A stretch of DNA of 64,000 nucleotides from Macrostomum lignano (GCA_002269645.1 NIVC01002518.1:1-64000), one strand, 5' to 3'; counted from the stretch's first letter, positions 34,956 to 46,059 are shown. Notes: generated from the sequence alone by a model not told the origin. Program-made: numbers and translations.

Positions 34956-37900
34956 TCACTCAGGGCGATAAAAATCAGGAGGCCTCCGCTGTCGTACCGA
35001 ACGTCTTAGCGCTGGTGGGACGACCGGGTCGATTGCTGCTTCGGTGTCACCGTCGTCATCGTCATTGCCGCCTGACAGCTGAGCCCAGGCGTCAGGCACA
35101 CCCAGCTGCTCAGGACTGGTGCTGGTAGCCGGAGCCGGCTGCTGCTCATCGGTCAGTTGCAGAGAGCCGCGCCGCTTCACGAATGGCTTGAGGCGGTCAT
35201 GGTGCACCACGAGCTTGCGACGCCGCCGAACCGCTAGGCCAGGTGCCAGCCGCACTCGATAGTTGACCTCACCCAGCCGCTTGAGAACGACGTAGGGCCC
35301 CGTCCAGCGGTTGCTGAGGCTCTTGGAGCGACCAGGCTTCACCGTCTTGCAGCTTAGCATGACCAGATCGCCTTGGTTGTAGGGCTGAAACCGCACGTCC
35401 TTGTTGTATCGTTCGTTTCTATCAGTCTGCGCGCTCTGAAGCTTCTGGTGGACGAGCCTCCGACTCTGCAAAAGCCGTTTCTGAACATCCTCGACGTACT
35501 CCAGAGTATCCGAAGCGCCGCTGTTGGTGTGCGGCAGCTTGACATCAAGCGGCAGTCTTGGTGGCCAACCGTGTAGCACTTGAAACGGAGACAGACCAGT
35601 CGTACAGTGCGCAGAGCTGTTGAATGCCCATGTGACAAAAGGCAGCTGTACATCCCAGTCGTCCTGGCTTTCCGCTACGACCGTCGCCAACATGTTACCG
35701 AGAGTGCGGTTTCCGCGCTCCACCAGGCCGTTGCCACTCGGATGAAACGGGGAAGTTCGAGTCTTCCGCATACCGAGCTGCTCACACAGAGACTGAAACA
35801 GCTGGCTCTCAAATTGCCGGCCCTGGTCACTGTGAATCGTGTCCGGAACTCCGTGACGTAGGGCTACTTGATGGACCAGAACATCAGCAACTCGCTCGGC
35901 TTCGATACTTGGTAGAGCACGGGTTTCCATCCATTTGGAGAAGCAGTCGCAGATGCTCAGAATGTAGCTGTTGTCTCGAGGCGTCCTTGGCAACGGCCCC
36001 TTAATGTCGATTTGCACGGTCTCCCACGGTCGCGCCGGCTGTGCTGTACTCTGCAGTGGAGCTCGCTGAGGGCGACTATTGTTCTTGCGCCGAAGGCATG
36101 CTGCACAGCTGGCCACCCAGTTCTGGACATCCTGCTGCATTTTTGGCCACCAGCAGCGCTCACGCAACTTCTGTAGTGTTCTGTCCGCGCCGAGGTGACC
36201 GCTAGCGGCTGCATCGTGGGCGTCGGCCAGGAACTCGGCTCGCAGATGGCTCGGAACGACCGGCTTTCCTTGCCTGACCAGCGCGCCATGCGGTCCGATC
36301 TCAATTCCGTCATCGCCCAAGAACTCCTCGACCTTCTGCTGACCGCTGTTGGACAGGTGCTCGCGTCCCTCGGTGAGCGCCTTGAAGACACTCTGCAGAA
36401 GCGCATCGCGCTGCTGTTCCTCTAGGAAGTCTTGATCCCTGCTGCTGTCGAGCTGAGTGGTGGCGGTTCGACTCAACATGTCCGGGACGACATTCTCTCG
36501 ACCAGGCCGATAGCAGAGCGTGAAGTTGAACTGCTGAATCGTGTCAAGCCAGCGCGCCAGACGCCCTTCAGGTTCCTTAGTCTGTAGCAGGCCCTTCAGT
36601 GGCTGATGATCGGTGAACGCGGTGAAGTGCTTTACGTTACACAGGTATGACCTGAAATGTTTTAGGCTCCAGACTAAGGCGAGCAGTTCTCTGTCGGTAG
36701 CTGAGTAGTTCCTTTCTGCCTTATTCAGAGTTCTTGAGGCAAAAGCGACTGGCAGTTCCGAATCTCCGTGTGCCTGACTGAGAACCGCGCCGACTGCAAA
36801 TGCGCTTGCATCGCAACTCAGGATGAAGGGCCGGCTAAAATCTGGGAGTCTAAGCACGGGAGCCTGGCAGATCATTTCCCTTAGTTTGGTGAAAGCGCTC
36901 TCACACTCATCCGTCCAGGTGAAGCCGGTCTTTTGCGTTGCTGCATGCAGAGGCGCGGCTATCCTGCTGAAGTCTTGGATGAATCGCCGGTAAAATCCAA
37001 GCATGCCGATGAATCGCCTCACTTCCTCAGCTGAACTCAGCGTCTTAATCTTCGATAAAGCTTCCACCTTACTGGGGTCTGGCTGAATTCCCTCGCTGCT
37101 GACCACATGGCCCAGGTACTTGACACTACGGTACGCAAACACGGACTTATCCTTGTTCAGTTTCAGACCAGCGCTTCGAAGCCGTTCAAAAACCCGTCGT
37201 AGGCTGACTAGATGCTGATCAAAGCTCTTACTGAACAATATTAGATCATCCACGTAGACCAGGACCTCCTCCCATGTGAGGCCAGACATGATCAGCTCCA
37301 TTAGTCGTTGGAACGTAGCCGGCGAGTTGCACATTCCAAATCCCATTTTCTTGAACTGCATGAGTCCTCTGGTAGAGTAAAACGCCGTCTTGTAGCGGTC
37401 GGCTTCCTCAACTTCCACTTGATTGAAACCCTGCTTGCAATCGATTGTCGTGAACCAAGAGCAGCCTGAGAGCGCGTCCATGGACTGTTGTAGGTGTGGG
37501 AGCGGATAGGCGTCCTTTACCGTAGCGGCATTCAGCTGGCGCCAGTCAGTGCAGATGCGGATGTCTCCGTTCTTTTTCTTGACCACGATCAAATTGCTGG
37601 CCCATGGAGAGCTAGACGGCTCAATGATGTCGTGCGCAAGCATCTGGCCAATCTTGTCGTCGACTCGGTCTCTCAGCGGCAGGGGGAGCGGGCGCTGGCG
37701 CTGCCTGAATGGCCGTGCTCCGGGCTCGAGCTCGATGTGGTGCTTTAGTACGCTTGTGGAGCCGAGGTCAAACTCGTGAGTGCTGAACAGGTCGTCGTTG
37801 GCTTTCAAGATGGTCATCAGCTTGTCTCTTTCTAGCTCTGTCAGTTCGGGGTTCACGTCCCAGTTCTTCAGTTTCTCCTTCACGTTCCCAACCGGTTCGA

Positions 37901-38620
37901 GTACATCAGCAGCTTCGAATTCACCGACTGCTTTGTTGGCATACAGTGTTACTGCCTCGGATCCCAGATTGCACATGAGAACGGGAATCCTCTGATCGGC
38001 GGACAAGGCGAGAACTCGGGATGCCAGCAGACCGGTCTCTTGCGTAAACTCCGCATTCGGCTCGAAAACGCCCTGCTCATCTTTTGACTTCACTCGCAGC
38101 CAGACCAGCTTCTCACTCCTGGCGGGGACGTTGATGTTGCACTCAATGCGGGCCACCAGGGTCCCGGTCACCATTTGAATTTTTGAGCTGTTGGTGAAAA
38201 ACGGCACGGCCTCATCATTAAAGAAGACAGTCTTGTTGTTGATGTTAATCCGTAGCTCGTTGGTTGCCCGACCGATAAAGTCCATCCCTAGGATAAGGTC
38301 TACGCTTATTCCCTCTACGACGTTGAATACATGGTCCAATCGAGTCGTCTCTCCAACTTGAACTGTTCCCCGGGCTGTTCCGAGGCACTGCAGGCGACTA
38401 CCGTCTACTGACGTTGGACAGCAGCTGCTCCCGGACTCGAGCTGCAGGCCGCATGACCGCATGAGGCTGTGGCTGATGAGGGATGTCTGCGCACCAGTGT
38501 CGAGCAGGAAGCAGACCGGCTTTTCTTGCAGCAGGGCACGCACAAAAACAGAATGAGCAGTCTGGGCACTTACTTGGCGGGTTGGGGCTGGCCCGTCGCC
38601 TCCAACCCTCAGAAGTTTCC
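34956..38620 (-). CDS. pol: Pol polyprotein (aspartic protease, RT, RNase H, integrase), in the -1 frame relative to gag
   Basis: LLDTGA protease, YVDD RT, RNase H (CDASAFAVG...RELLA), HHCC, DIKGP/DQGRQF/VERGN integrase and GPY motif; the frame stays open upstream of the track start (38543) to the gag slippery site. Confidence 0.97.
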
Positions 38621-38621
38621 C
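38579..38621 (-). promoter_or_regulatory. Putative -1 programmed ribosomal frameshift signal
   Basis: G GGA AAC heptamer (38621-38615), 6-nt spacer TTCTGA, then hairpin GGGTTGG-A-GGC/GCC-CCAACCC (38608-38579); pol is in the -1 frame. Confidence 0.8.
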
Positions 38622-39445
38622 GCCGGCCGGGCTTTACTTGGGCAGACCGCTGCATTGTGGCCCCAACCGGAGCAGTTGAAGCACCGACCTTGCTTGTGGG
38701 CACCTTTAGTTGGACATCTGCGCGCGATGTGACCGTCTTTGCCGCACTGGTAGCAACCGGATGTTCTCTGGGCCTGCCGACGGTCACCTGGTCCAGCGCG
38801 GCCTCCTCTAGCGGCGCCGCTTGTCACGGCAGCTGTCAGTGTCTCCAGCTGCTGCTCGAGTCGGGACAGCCGGTCGTCAACCACGGAGACCATAGACGAA
38901 CTTGCGGGCGTGTTCTTGCTCATCACCTGCTCTAGTCTGGTGGCTCTCTCGACCAGCGTGCCCAGCGTGCATGTATCCGAGTCGCTCTCCTTGAGCAGGG
39001 CTTCGCGTATCCCTGCGCTTAATAGCTGGATAATTCTAAACTTGACCTCCCGATCACGGAGCGTTGATGGGTCATCCGGGCGGGCTCCCATGTACAGCAG
39101 CCTGAGAGCGAATGAGAGCTCCCTGATTGACTCGCCATTCTTGCGTTGTCGACCTTGGAACTCCTGCATGGCGCGGTGCTGATTGGCAGAGCCGCCGTAC
39201 TGCTGGAGAAGAAGTGCCTTGATTTTCTCATAACTCTTTTTATCGGCATCTGACATGTCCCAAACACAGACCTGGGCCTCCCCTCTCAGCAGGAGCTTCA
39301 CTTTGGAGGCACGCTTTGCATCGTCCCAATTCTTGTCTTCGGCGAAGTCTTCAAAGATGCTCAGCCAAAAGTGCACGTTTGATTGGCCACTAAACTTGGG
39401 CGGTAGCAAACTGGCGTCGTTGCTCTTCTCATCTCGCTCTTCCAT
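38609..39445 (-). CDS. gag: Gag (278 aa from the first ATG) with two CCHC zinc knuckles
   Basis: CYQCGKDGHIARRC and CFNCSGWGHNAAVC; located between the PBS and pol. Confidence 0.93.
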   Translation of the reverse strand: MEERDEKSNDASLLPPKFSGQSNVHFWLSIFEDFAEDKNWDDAKRASKVKLLLRGEAQVCVWDMSDADKKSYEKIKALLLQQYGGSANQHRAMQEFQGRQRKNGESIRELSFALRLLYMGARPDDPSTLRDREVKFRIIQLLSAGIREALLKESDSDTCTLGTLVERATRLEQVMSKNTPASSSMVSVVDDRLSRLEQQLETLTAAVTSGAARGGRAGPGDRRQAQRTSGCYQCGKDGHIARRCPTKGAHKQGRCFNCSGWGHNAAVCPSKARPAGNF

Positions 39446-39472
39446 TCTGATCTGCCAACTTGAATTGGGCTT

Positions 39473-39483
39473 CGCTGCCACCA
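39473..39483 (-). promoter_or_regulatory. Primer-binding site, tRNA-Leu type
   Basis: TGGTGGCAGCG lies 1 nt after the 5' LTR and is complementary to the ...CGCTGCCACCA 3' end of eukaryotic tRNA-Leu(AAG/TAG). Confidence 0.85.
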
Positions 39484-39484
39484 G

Positions 39485-39675
39485 TGTAAGACCAGAATTG
39501 CGAGAAAATCAGTACGAGGGCTCAAAGGCCAAGTTAGTCGATATATATATTTGTCATTCACTATGTACGCGCGTACATTTCGATCGATATAGGTTCAGGT
39601 GAATAAAAGCGTGCCCAACCCCCCAGCGCAGGCCAACCCCCAAAACAGCCAACACAACGAACACCAAAACTCACA
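39485..39675 (-). repeat. 5' LTR (191 bp)
   Basis: Matches 34708-34898. Confidence 0.97.
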
Positions 39676-40008
39676 GATTAGAAGATTTAGTATATTTAGA
39701 TTATGGACAAACATACAAACAAACCTTAGAGATTTAGTATATTTAGATTTTAACCATACAATCCTGGGCTGATTACAAATCTTTTGGCGAAAACGCGATA
39801 AAAATCGGTGAAGAATTGCAATCTCTAGAGCGTTATGGACAAGCAAGCATACAAATATTAGAGATTTAGTATATTTAGAAGATTAGATAGAAGATAGAAG
39901 ATGAGTAAAATATGAAAGAGATCCATATAAAAGATAAAATGGGCTACACATTAAGTCTGATGTAACTTCGTTTTGAGCGCGCAGGATGGCCAGGTGGATG
40001 GATGCGCT

Positions 40009-40128
40009 CTCTGGTGTCCTCTGGTGTCCTCTGGTGTCCTCTGGTGTCCTCTGGTGTCCTCTGGTGTCCTCTGGTGTCCTCTGGTGTCCTCTGGTGTCCT
40101 CTGGTGTCCTCTGGTGTCCTCTGGTGTC
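40009..40128. repeat. 10-bp tandem repeat (ctggtgtcct) x12
   Basis: Perfect periodicity. Confidence 0.97.
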
Positions 40129-40194
40129 TTATGTGCTTAGCGGTTTGTGCTCAGAGGGCCTTGCTGCACTGCCCATGCATTCGGTCGAGCTCTC

Positions 40195-41192
40195 TTAAGC
40201 AATGAAGGCTCTGAGGCTGGCTAAGATGCCGGCGCCACATTTCGGACAGCTGGCCCTGTGCGACAAGCAACCTGTGCACAGCAGGAAGTGGGCACACGGC
40301 AGGGTCACGTGGGAGCGGCGCGCGGACTGGCAGGAGACGCATTGGTCTGATGACGCGACCTCAGCGGAGCTGGCTGCCTTGGAGCTGCAGCTGTCGGTGG
40401 CTGGTGAGTTATTTTGCTCCTGCAACTGCTGCTGCTGCTGCTGCTGCTGCAGCGGACTGGGAGCCTGCGACCTGGCCGGCAGTGCTGCTGCTGCTGCCGA
40501 CAACATCGGCGTCTCCAGCTGTTGTTCGTCGCGCGGCTGGCAAGCCTCAGTCAGAGCCAGCTCGATGTCAATCACGGCGTCGCTGTGCAGCAGAGCGTCC
40601 AGTGTGGCTTCGGACTGGTGCAGCAGCTGGATGATGTCTCCCGGCCGGCTGCCGCTGAGCACCCTGCCGTCCCGGCTGCGCATGAACTCCCGGCACACCG
40701 CGAAGGCAACCTGGCGACGGTCGAAGCCGTAGGAGGTCACGTGACCCAGCAGCTCGGAGCGGACGAAGAAGTCTTTGAACAGTTTGGCGCAGGCCCGGCG
40801 CAGCTTTGCAGCGTCTTCGACGGGCACCGCGCCGCTGTCGGCCGCCTGCAGGAGGCGCGCGAGCTGGCAAGCCGGGCTGCTGCTCAGGTGCAGCCGCAGG
40901 GCATCCGCAGCGGCGTCAGGCAGCTGCTGACAGCGAAGGCCGCAGTGGAAGCAGGTCGCCAATAGTTTGCCTTTGTTCCGAACGTCCTCGTCGTCAGCAG
41001 CCTGAAAGTAAAATCCGGCATCGCTCCAGCCGGCTGCTTGCGTCTGGTCTCTGTTCTCAGAGTCTTTGTTGCTGTTATTGTTGTGGTCTCTGCCGCAGTT
41101 GCGGCTCTCGTCGAGCAGCAGAGAGCGAATTCGAGTTTGAGACGCCAGAAACTCCGGGTGCCGAGCGGCGGTGGCCACGAATATCAAACAGC
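40195..41192 (-). CDS. IAP-like protein, main exon: divergent BIR, UBA-like segment, C-terminal IAP-type RING
   Basis: AGFYF...CFHC-x17-H-x6-C (BIR-like); YGF motif (UBA-like); C-x2-C-x11-C-x-H-x3-C-x2-C-x6-C-x2-C RING; the ORF has no ATG but has an acceptor ttaccgttag at 41193. Confidence 0.85.
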
Positions 41193-41620
41193 CTAACGGT
41201 AAATTTGTAATTAGCGGTAATAAGATTGGATTGTATTGTGTGAAGTACTATACAGTGTACATTGAAAACCGCCACTACAGAGACTGGCAGAGTGATTGAT
41301 TTCAGCTCACTATCACTGCAAATGACGTCAAGTTTTCCAACTCGCTCTGCGCACTGCGTCTTTGATGGCGATTGTCAACGTACGCTACGCTACTATTGTG
41401 CAATTCTGTGATTACTACTGTAAATAGTAGTATTGGGCTATTTCTCGACCTATCAAATTGGATCTTAGAATTGTACATCATCGCACGGTGGCAGGGTGGA
41501 ACCGGCAGCGCACTGCGACAGTCAGTCAAGCTCGGGGCCACGCTGCTCTGCAAGATGCAGGTGCGGTGGGCACCTTAATAATCTATTGGCAGGGAAACAA
41601 GCTCAGCAATGGAGACTTAC

Positions 41621-41795
41621 ATAGGCAGTAGACCATCGCCTCAGCGCTTTGGCGACTAAACCGATCGAGTTTGGCAGCTGAACTTCCGCTGAACATCACG
41701 GACGCCAGCTGAGCAGCTGCTGAGCCGCATTTGCGGCTGAAACTCCCCAGCTGCTGCTGATGATGCTGGCTGGAATGGCTGGCTGTGCTAAACAT
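41621..41795 (-). CDS. Probable first coding exon of the IAP-like gene
   Basis: ATG at 41795 and GTAAGT donor after 41621 in phase 1, matching the phase-1 acceptor at 41192 (T|GC = Cys). Confidence 0.65.
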
Positions 41796-43509
41796 TTTTA
41801 TTGCGATTCTGTAAAATGCTTTTTCTGTAAAAAAATGTTTCTAATAGATTCTCGTAAGTTTAAGTCTGATGAATGCGTCCAAAAAGCTAGGGCTGCATAT
41901 ATATAAGTTAGACAAAACTTCTAGAAAGTTCCAAGTACTCGTACAGCCTATTTTTAGCAGTCTGACTCACGGAATAGCTGTAGCTACGCCAGTGCAAATG
42001 CTAGCAGTGTACAGCACAAGTGTTGCACGCCGTGTGGTACCTTGTTGTTTGTATAACTTTTCCAAGCATTGCTTCTATGGATTAAGTGTTCATGCCTAAC
42101 TTCTCCAGTCATTTTATTGCTGTTTATCTATGTTTTAAAATAATTGCGTCAGTAAGTAGGCCCATATCTGCATTGCTATTTAGTATATTTGGATTATTTC
42201 AATATGTGGTTGATGATATTACAGAGAAAAAAATTACTTTTACACGAGCTAGTTTGCTAAATTTTCCAGTTTTGTCTTTCTGTCGTTCTCAGAGAGCAGG
42301 CTGAATCTGAGAGTTGCAAGACTCAGTCTAGCATTAGTCAATGATCACTTGCGCTTTGGATATTATAGGTTTTTTTAAGTTTGTGACATTGTGGGAAAAT
42401 CATCTGCTTTAAATTTTTCTGAGAAATTTTTACTTGCAACAGTAACAAGAAACTCCTAATGACCTTCAGTTATCCACGCACAGTTGAAGCTTCATGACCT
42501 TGGTGTTCGATCTTCACATTTATGAGAATTTCAAGGTGAGCTCTTTAATTATCTTCGCGTGTCCATGTTCTGTGCAGTGCATACAGTGTACAGTGTATGG
42601 ATGTACAGTGGTCCAGTGTACAAATGTATGTGTACTACTTATACACAGTTACATTTTGGTCTCAATGTCTTAACCATTTGATTTCTCTTCCACTGTGGAC
42701 TCGTGTATATCACGCGCCTCTGCCGTGCTGCATGACCTGCTAGAATCGCGAAATATGCGCAGTATAGAGTGAGCTGTGAGCATGATCGTAATTTGCTCTT
42801 CGAGAATGATTTTTCCAGCACAGAGCTTTCCTATGCTGCACTACCTGACTTAGCAATGTGCTTGCCAATTATATGACAGGCTTCTTTGTGGGGCATAGCC
42901 AGAATTTTCCTGACCTGCTGGGGTGTGCAACTCAGTCAGGTGGCTGTTGCACACTGGCGCTCTTGCACTATATGGAGTTGAGTACTGTAGCTGGAAAGTT
43001 CCCAGGCATTTTCGGAGGCTCTGCTGCTCAAGAGTCGTGCACTTGTACGAGCTGTGTGCTCAGGAGTCAGCGGAATATGGGCAGAATTGCATCAGCGTTT
43101 TGGGATGATGTCGCCGAAGGCGGTGCGCCAGGGTGTCCACAGACCTCCTGCAGATATTATTTTAACAGCGCCAAAGCCAAGATCACCAAACAGTGTAATA
43201 CACCTGACGTGATGCGCCAGGACAAGTAAAGAGTAATAATGAGAAGCAATATCTGATTGAAGCTATAGCTGAATAAAACATTAACTTGAATGAATCGGCT
43301 ATGCTCAGCAAGAGTCAAAAGTTCCACCCTCTAAGCGATATCAAAGTTCTCTCACTTATTGCTACAACTTCTCACTGACAATTCAACCCTCAAGTTTACG
43401 CAACTAAGCAGCAGTGAGGAAGGGAAAATTGATTGGATCAGTAATAGACGTCAGTCGCACAAAATCATAGCTTACTTTTTTAGTAATCAGTCAGTTAGAG
43501 TGGCAATGC

Positions 43510-43825
43510 TTAATAACGCGTGTGGGATGCCCTCGCACGCAGAAGTGCGGCCACTCTGCGGGGCATCCCCAGGATGAGGCAGTGCAGAAAGTCCTGGGGA
43601 AGCTGCTGCCAAGCGTTTTCAATGGCATGACGCAGCTCCGCAACATTCTGTGGTGGATTCTCTTTTCGAATGCTGCGTTTTATCGGAAGTCCCAGACATG
43701 CTCGATGGAATTAAAATGTCTGGGGACCGGAAAGGCCAGCGCAGAGTGCGCAGCTGTAGCTGTTCTTTCAGTCGACTAACAGCATCGGCTCAATGTGGCG
43801 GCGCGTTGTCATCCTGGACAACCCT
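43510..43825 (-). pseudogene. Degraded Tc1-family (DD34E) transposase C-terminal fragment
   Basis: QDDNAPPH*...WPFRSPD(fs)NSIEHVW...NVAELRHAIENAWQQLP...MPRRVAALLRAR..TRY*; 34 residues between D and E; contains a stop and frameshifts; no TIRs identified. Confidence 0.85.
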
Positions 43826-44267
43826 CTCAAGTGGCAATATAAGCTTTGCGTCACTCGCATTAAGTTAGAAAAATTCATCTCGCTAATTGGAAGGTGGAAC
43901 TTTTGACTGTTTTTGAATATATTCTGCACCAGGAATACTAGTTCACTGCACAGATACTAAATATTATCTGTGGGTCACTGGGCTTCTAGAAAAACCACAG
44001 TACTATTGACTTTAAGAACAACGATTAAGGTTTGTTTTTTCTTTTGTCCAGCACCAAAGCATTAACAATAGGGCACCGTTCAAAAAGATGGCTTTTTGGG
44101 TATATAACTTTTTTAAATTCATTCGTATTAAAAAATCGTTAAAAATTTGCTTTAATCAATCAAGGAGTGTATTGTCAAGTTCTTCCCATTTCCGAACCAA
44201 TGCTCAAATCTGCAGCACTTCACGAAGAGCCAGCGTTCCAGACCATGTACCTGTCATCTCGTGTCTC

Positions 44268-44850
44268 TCAGAAGGAAAATCTTCCGTTATACAAGCCTCC
44301 ATATCCACCAGTTCTTGAGCACGATCCGGAATATCCGTCCTGGTCCCTGTCTATCGTGGAAAACTGCCATATCCATTTTGGTAATCCCAATCATCCCAGG
44401 GGAAGCTGAACCCGTTCCTCAGCATCTCTTGGTACATGTACGTCATCCGATACCCATCGCTGGCGTTTTTCACCTCGAATCTGTCGTTCTACGCGTGTGC
44501 AGCTCGGAGCCGTCCCAAATCTTCATCTCCCACTCTCATTGTGGTGATGCCGCGGCTGAGAGAGTGGATATTGGAGAGACCTGCGGAAAGAAAGGGAGAA
44601 CGCTGAGACAATTCTGCCCATTCTGCTGACTCCTGAGTCTTGTGTGAGCTCGAGCTTTCTTGCCAAGCTCACACAAGGTGTACAGTGGGCCTGACTTTCT
44701 AATCGTCAGGCATGTACAGTCTCTGTGCCTTATCGTAAAGCTAATCATGTACGGTAAACATCCCCAGATCCAGTTTTGGTTGCTTCTGATCCTCCAAAGG
44801 AAACCGCTGAGTCCAAGCAAATTTTGAAGCCCGTTTGCAGTAGGACGTAC
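44268..44850 (-). pseudogene. Degraded fibrinogen-related domain (FReD) gene
   Basis: Acceptor ccgcag at 44581, then GLSNIHSLS..MRV..WDG..F.V..ASDGYRM..FSTIDRDQD..SCS..GG; upstream YC..WT.QR..GGS..NQNW; several frameshifts and an in-frame TAG. Confidence 0.65.
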
Positions 44851-45979
44851 CTACGAGCTACAAAGTAACTACTATGCAATAAAGTTATTTAAAAAGGACA
44901 CACTTCAGACTCGCACAACTTGCAATTATCGAGCACAGCAGCAGAGCCAGCGCTGCTGCAACCGGGATAGAGGAGAGCTGCATCTTAGCAAACTCCATGG
45001 CAAATCAGTTCAACGGCTTACTCTTCTTAAGGTGTCGTACAAGCCTTGGAATTATCTTTCCGAAATGTTGGCTCTTTTTAGAATCCATGCATTGCTGTAG
45101 AAAAAAACTCAACGCAACTGCGATGCGGGTCGTGGCCCTACAGACACGGTTTGATTGACATGATTAAGACTCTTTAAGAATTGAAGAATTATACGGCTCG
45201 AAAGACTTTTGCAGCATTGCAGAGCGAGGCAGGTCGGATGCGGATGAGTATCGCAGTCTGATAATTTAGGGTTTTTCTTGCCAAAATCTCATTGCATTTG
45301 TAATGCAAATATAATTGATTGTATGAGCATTGAAATCCGTAATAAACCGCAAATCCAGGGGGGGGGGGGAAATGCACCTGAAATGAAGGTAGATTATTAA
45401 ATACTTTTGCAAAACTGCATGGCTAATAATCCTGATAGAAAGTGTAACTTACATGTAGATAAAAACGCACAGCTACATTTGTCCTAAGATGTATAAAACG
45501 CAGGCGCTAAGTTTGAAAACCGTATGTATATTACATGTACGCTCGTATGTCCTGACCTGTATTGATTTATATCTTGATAACTTTTCAGATTTTAGTTATA
45601 TAGATTAATCCACTTTACTGACTGGCAAGACATGATGGCTCGTAAGCGCGCGTTTAAACCTACTGTCAGTGCTTTAAGCGTTTACTAGCTGTCACAAGAG
45701 CGCAGTTTGATTGGCACACAACACACACTGTCACAAGCGCGCAGTTTGATTTACACACTGTCACAAGCGCGCAGTTTGATTGACACACGCTGTTCAGTGT
45801 GACCACTGCAGTTCGCAAGCTTAGAATTCACAGCTCGGTTATCTCATCTGATCATGCAGACATTACACCTACGTACCATGCGCCCTAACGTCATGCGCGC
45901 TTATAATCAGCCCTCACCAGCTCATCTTCCCAGTCTGCGGCGTCAAACTTGGAATCCTAAGTCTAAATCAGATACTTAC

Positions 45980-46059
45980 CTGGCTTGCAGCACAGAAAAC
46001 TTGCTTGCATAAAGCATTATGAGAGAGAGAAGGCAGAGCAGCAGGGCTAACATGTACAT
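45980..46059 (-). CDS. Possible signal-peptide-encoding first exon of a secreted-protein gene
   Basis: MYMLALLLCLLSLIMLYASKFSVLQA followed by an AG|GTAAGT donor; downstream exons not resolved. Confidence 0.35.

Larger units (their letters stand above)
34708..39675 (-). mobile_element. Intact Ty3/Gypsy LTR retrotransposon, 4,968 bp, 4-bp TSD (GATT)
   Basis: Two 191-bp TG...CA LTRs that appear identical; GATT at 34704-34707 and 39676-39679; PBS, PPT, gag and pol (PR-RT-RH-IN order); no env. Confidence 0.98.
2040..39901 (-). mobile_element. Head-to-tail stack of non-autonomous Helitron-like elements (interrupted by the LTR element at 34708-39675)
   Basis: The minus-strand 3' terminus GC-hairpin + ~9-11 nt + CTAG recurs at 2326, 4712, 8365, 10874, 11321, 11672, 12107, 12530, 12900, 17862, 20928, 23560, 26253 and 29394. 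Each lies next to the 5' terminus of the neighbouring unit (TCTAAATATACTAAATCTC or a variant). The outermost 5' end at 39901 is preceded by host A. No TSDs and no RepHel ORF. Confidence 0.85.

Noticed and set aside
35354-39846. Alternative-frame and antisense ORFs within the LTR element
   Set aside because: Shadow ORFs of GC-rich gag/pol; no env or accessory signature.
2040-39901. Autonomous Helitron (RepHel) gene
   Set aside because: No long ORF or Rep/PIF1 helicase motifs anywhere in the stack.
40202-41275. Plus-strand ORFs overlapping the IAP exon; antisense ORF 50505-51302 over 14-3-3
   Set aside because: Shadow frames caused by high-GC3 coding sequence.
43950-43980. CAGTG-starting candidate Tc1 TIR
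   Set aside because: No matching inverted copy found on the other side of the transposase fragment, and no TA flank.
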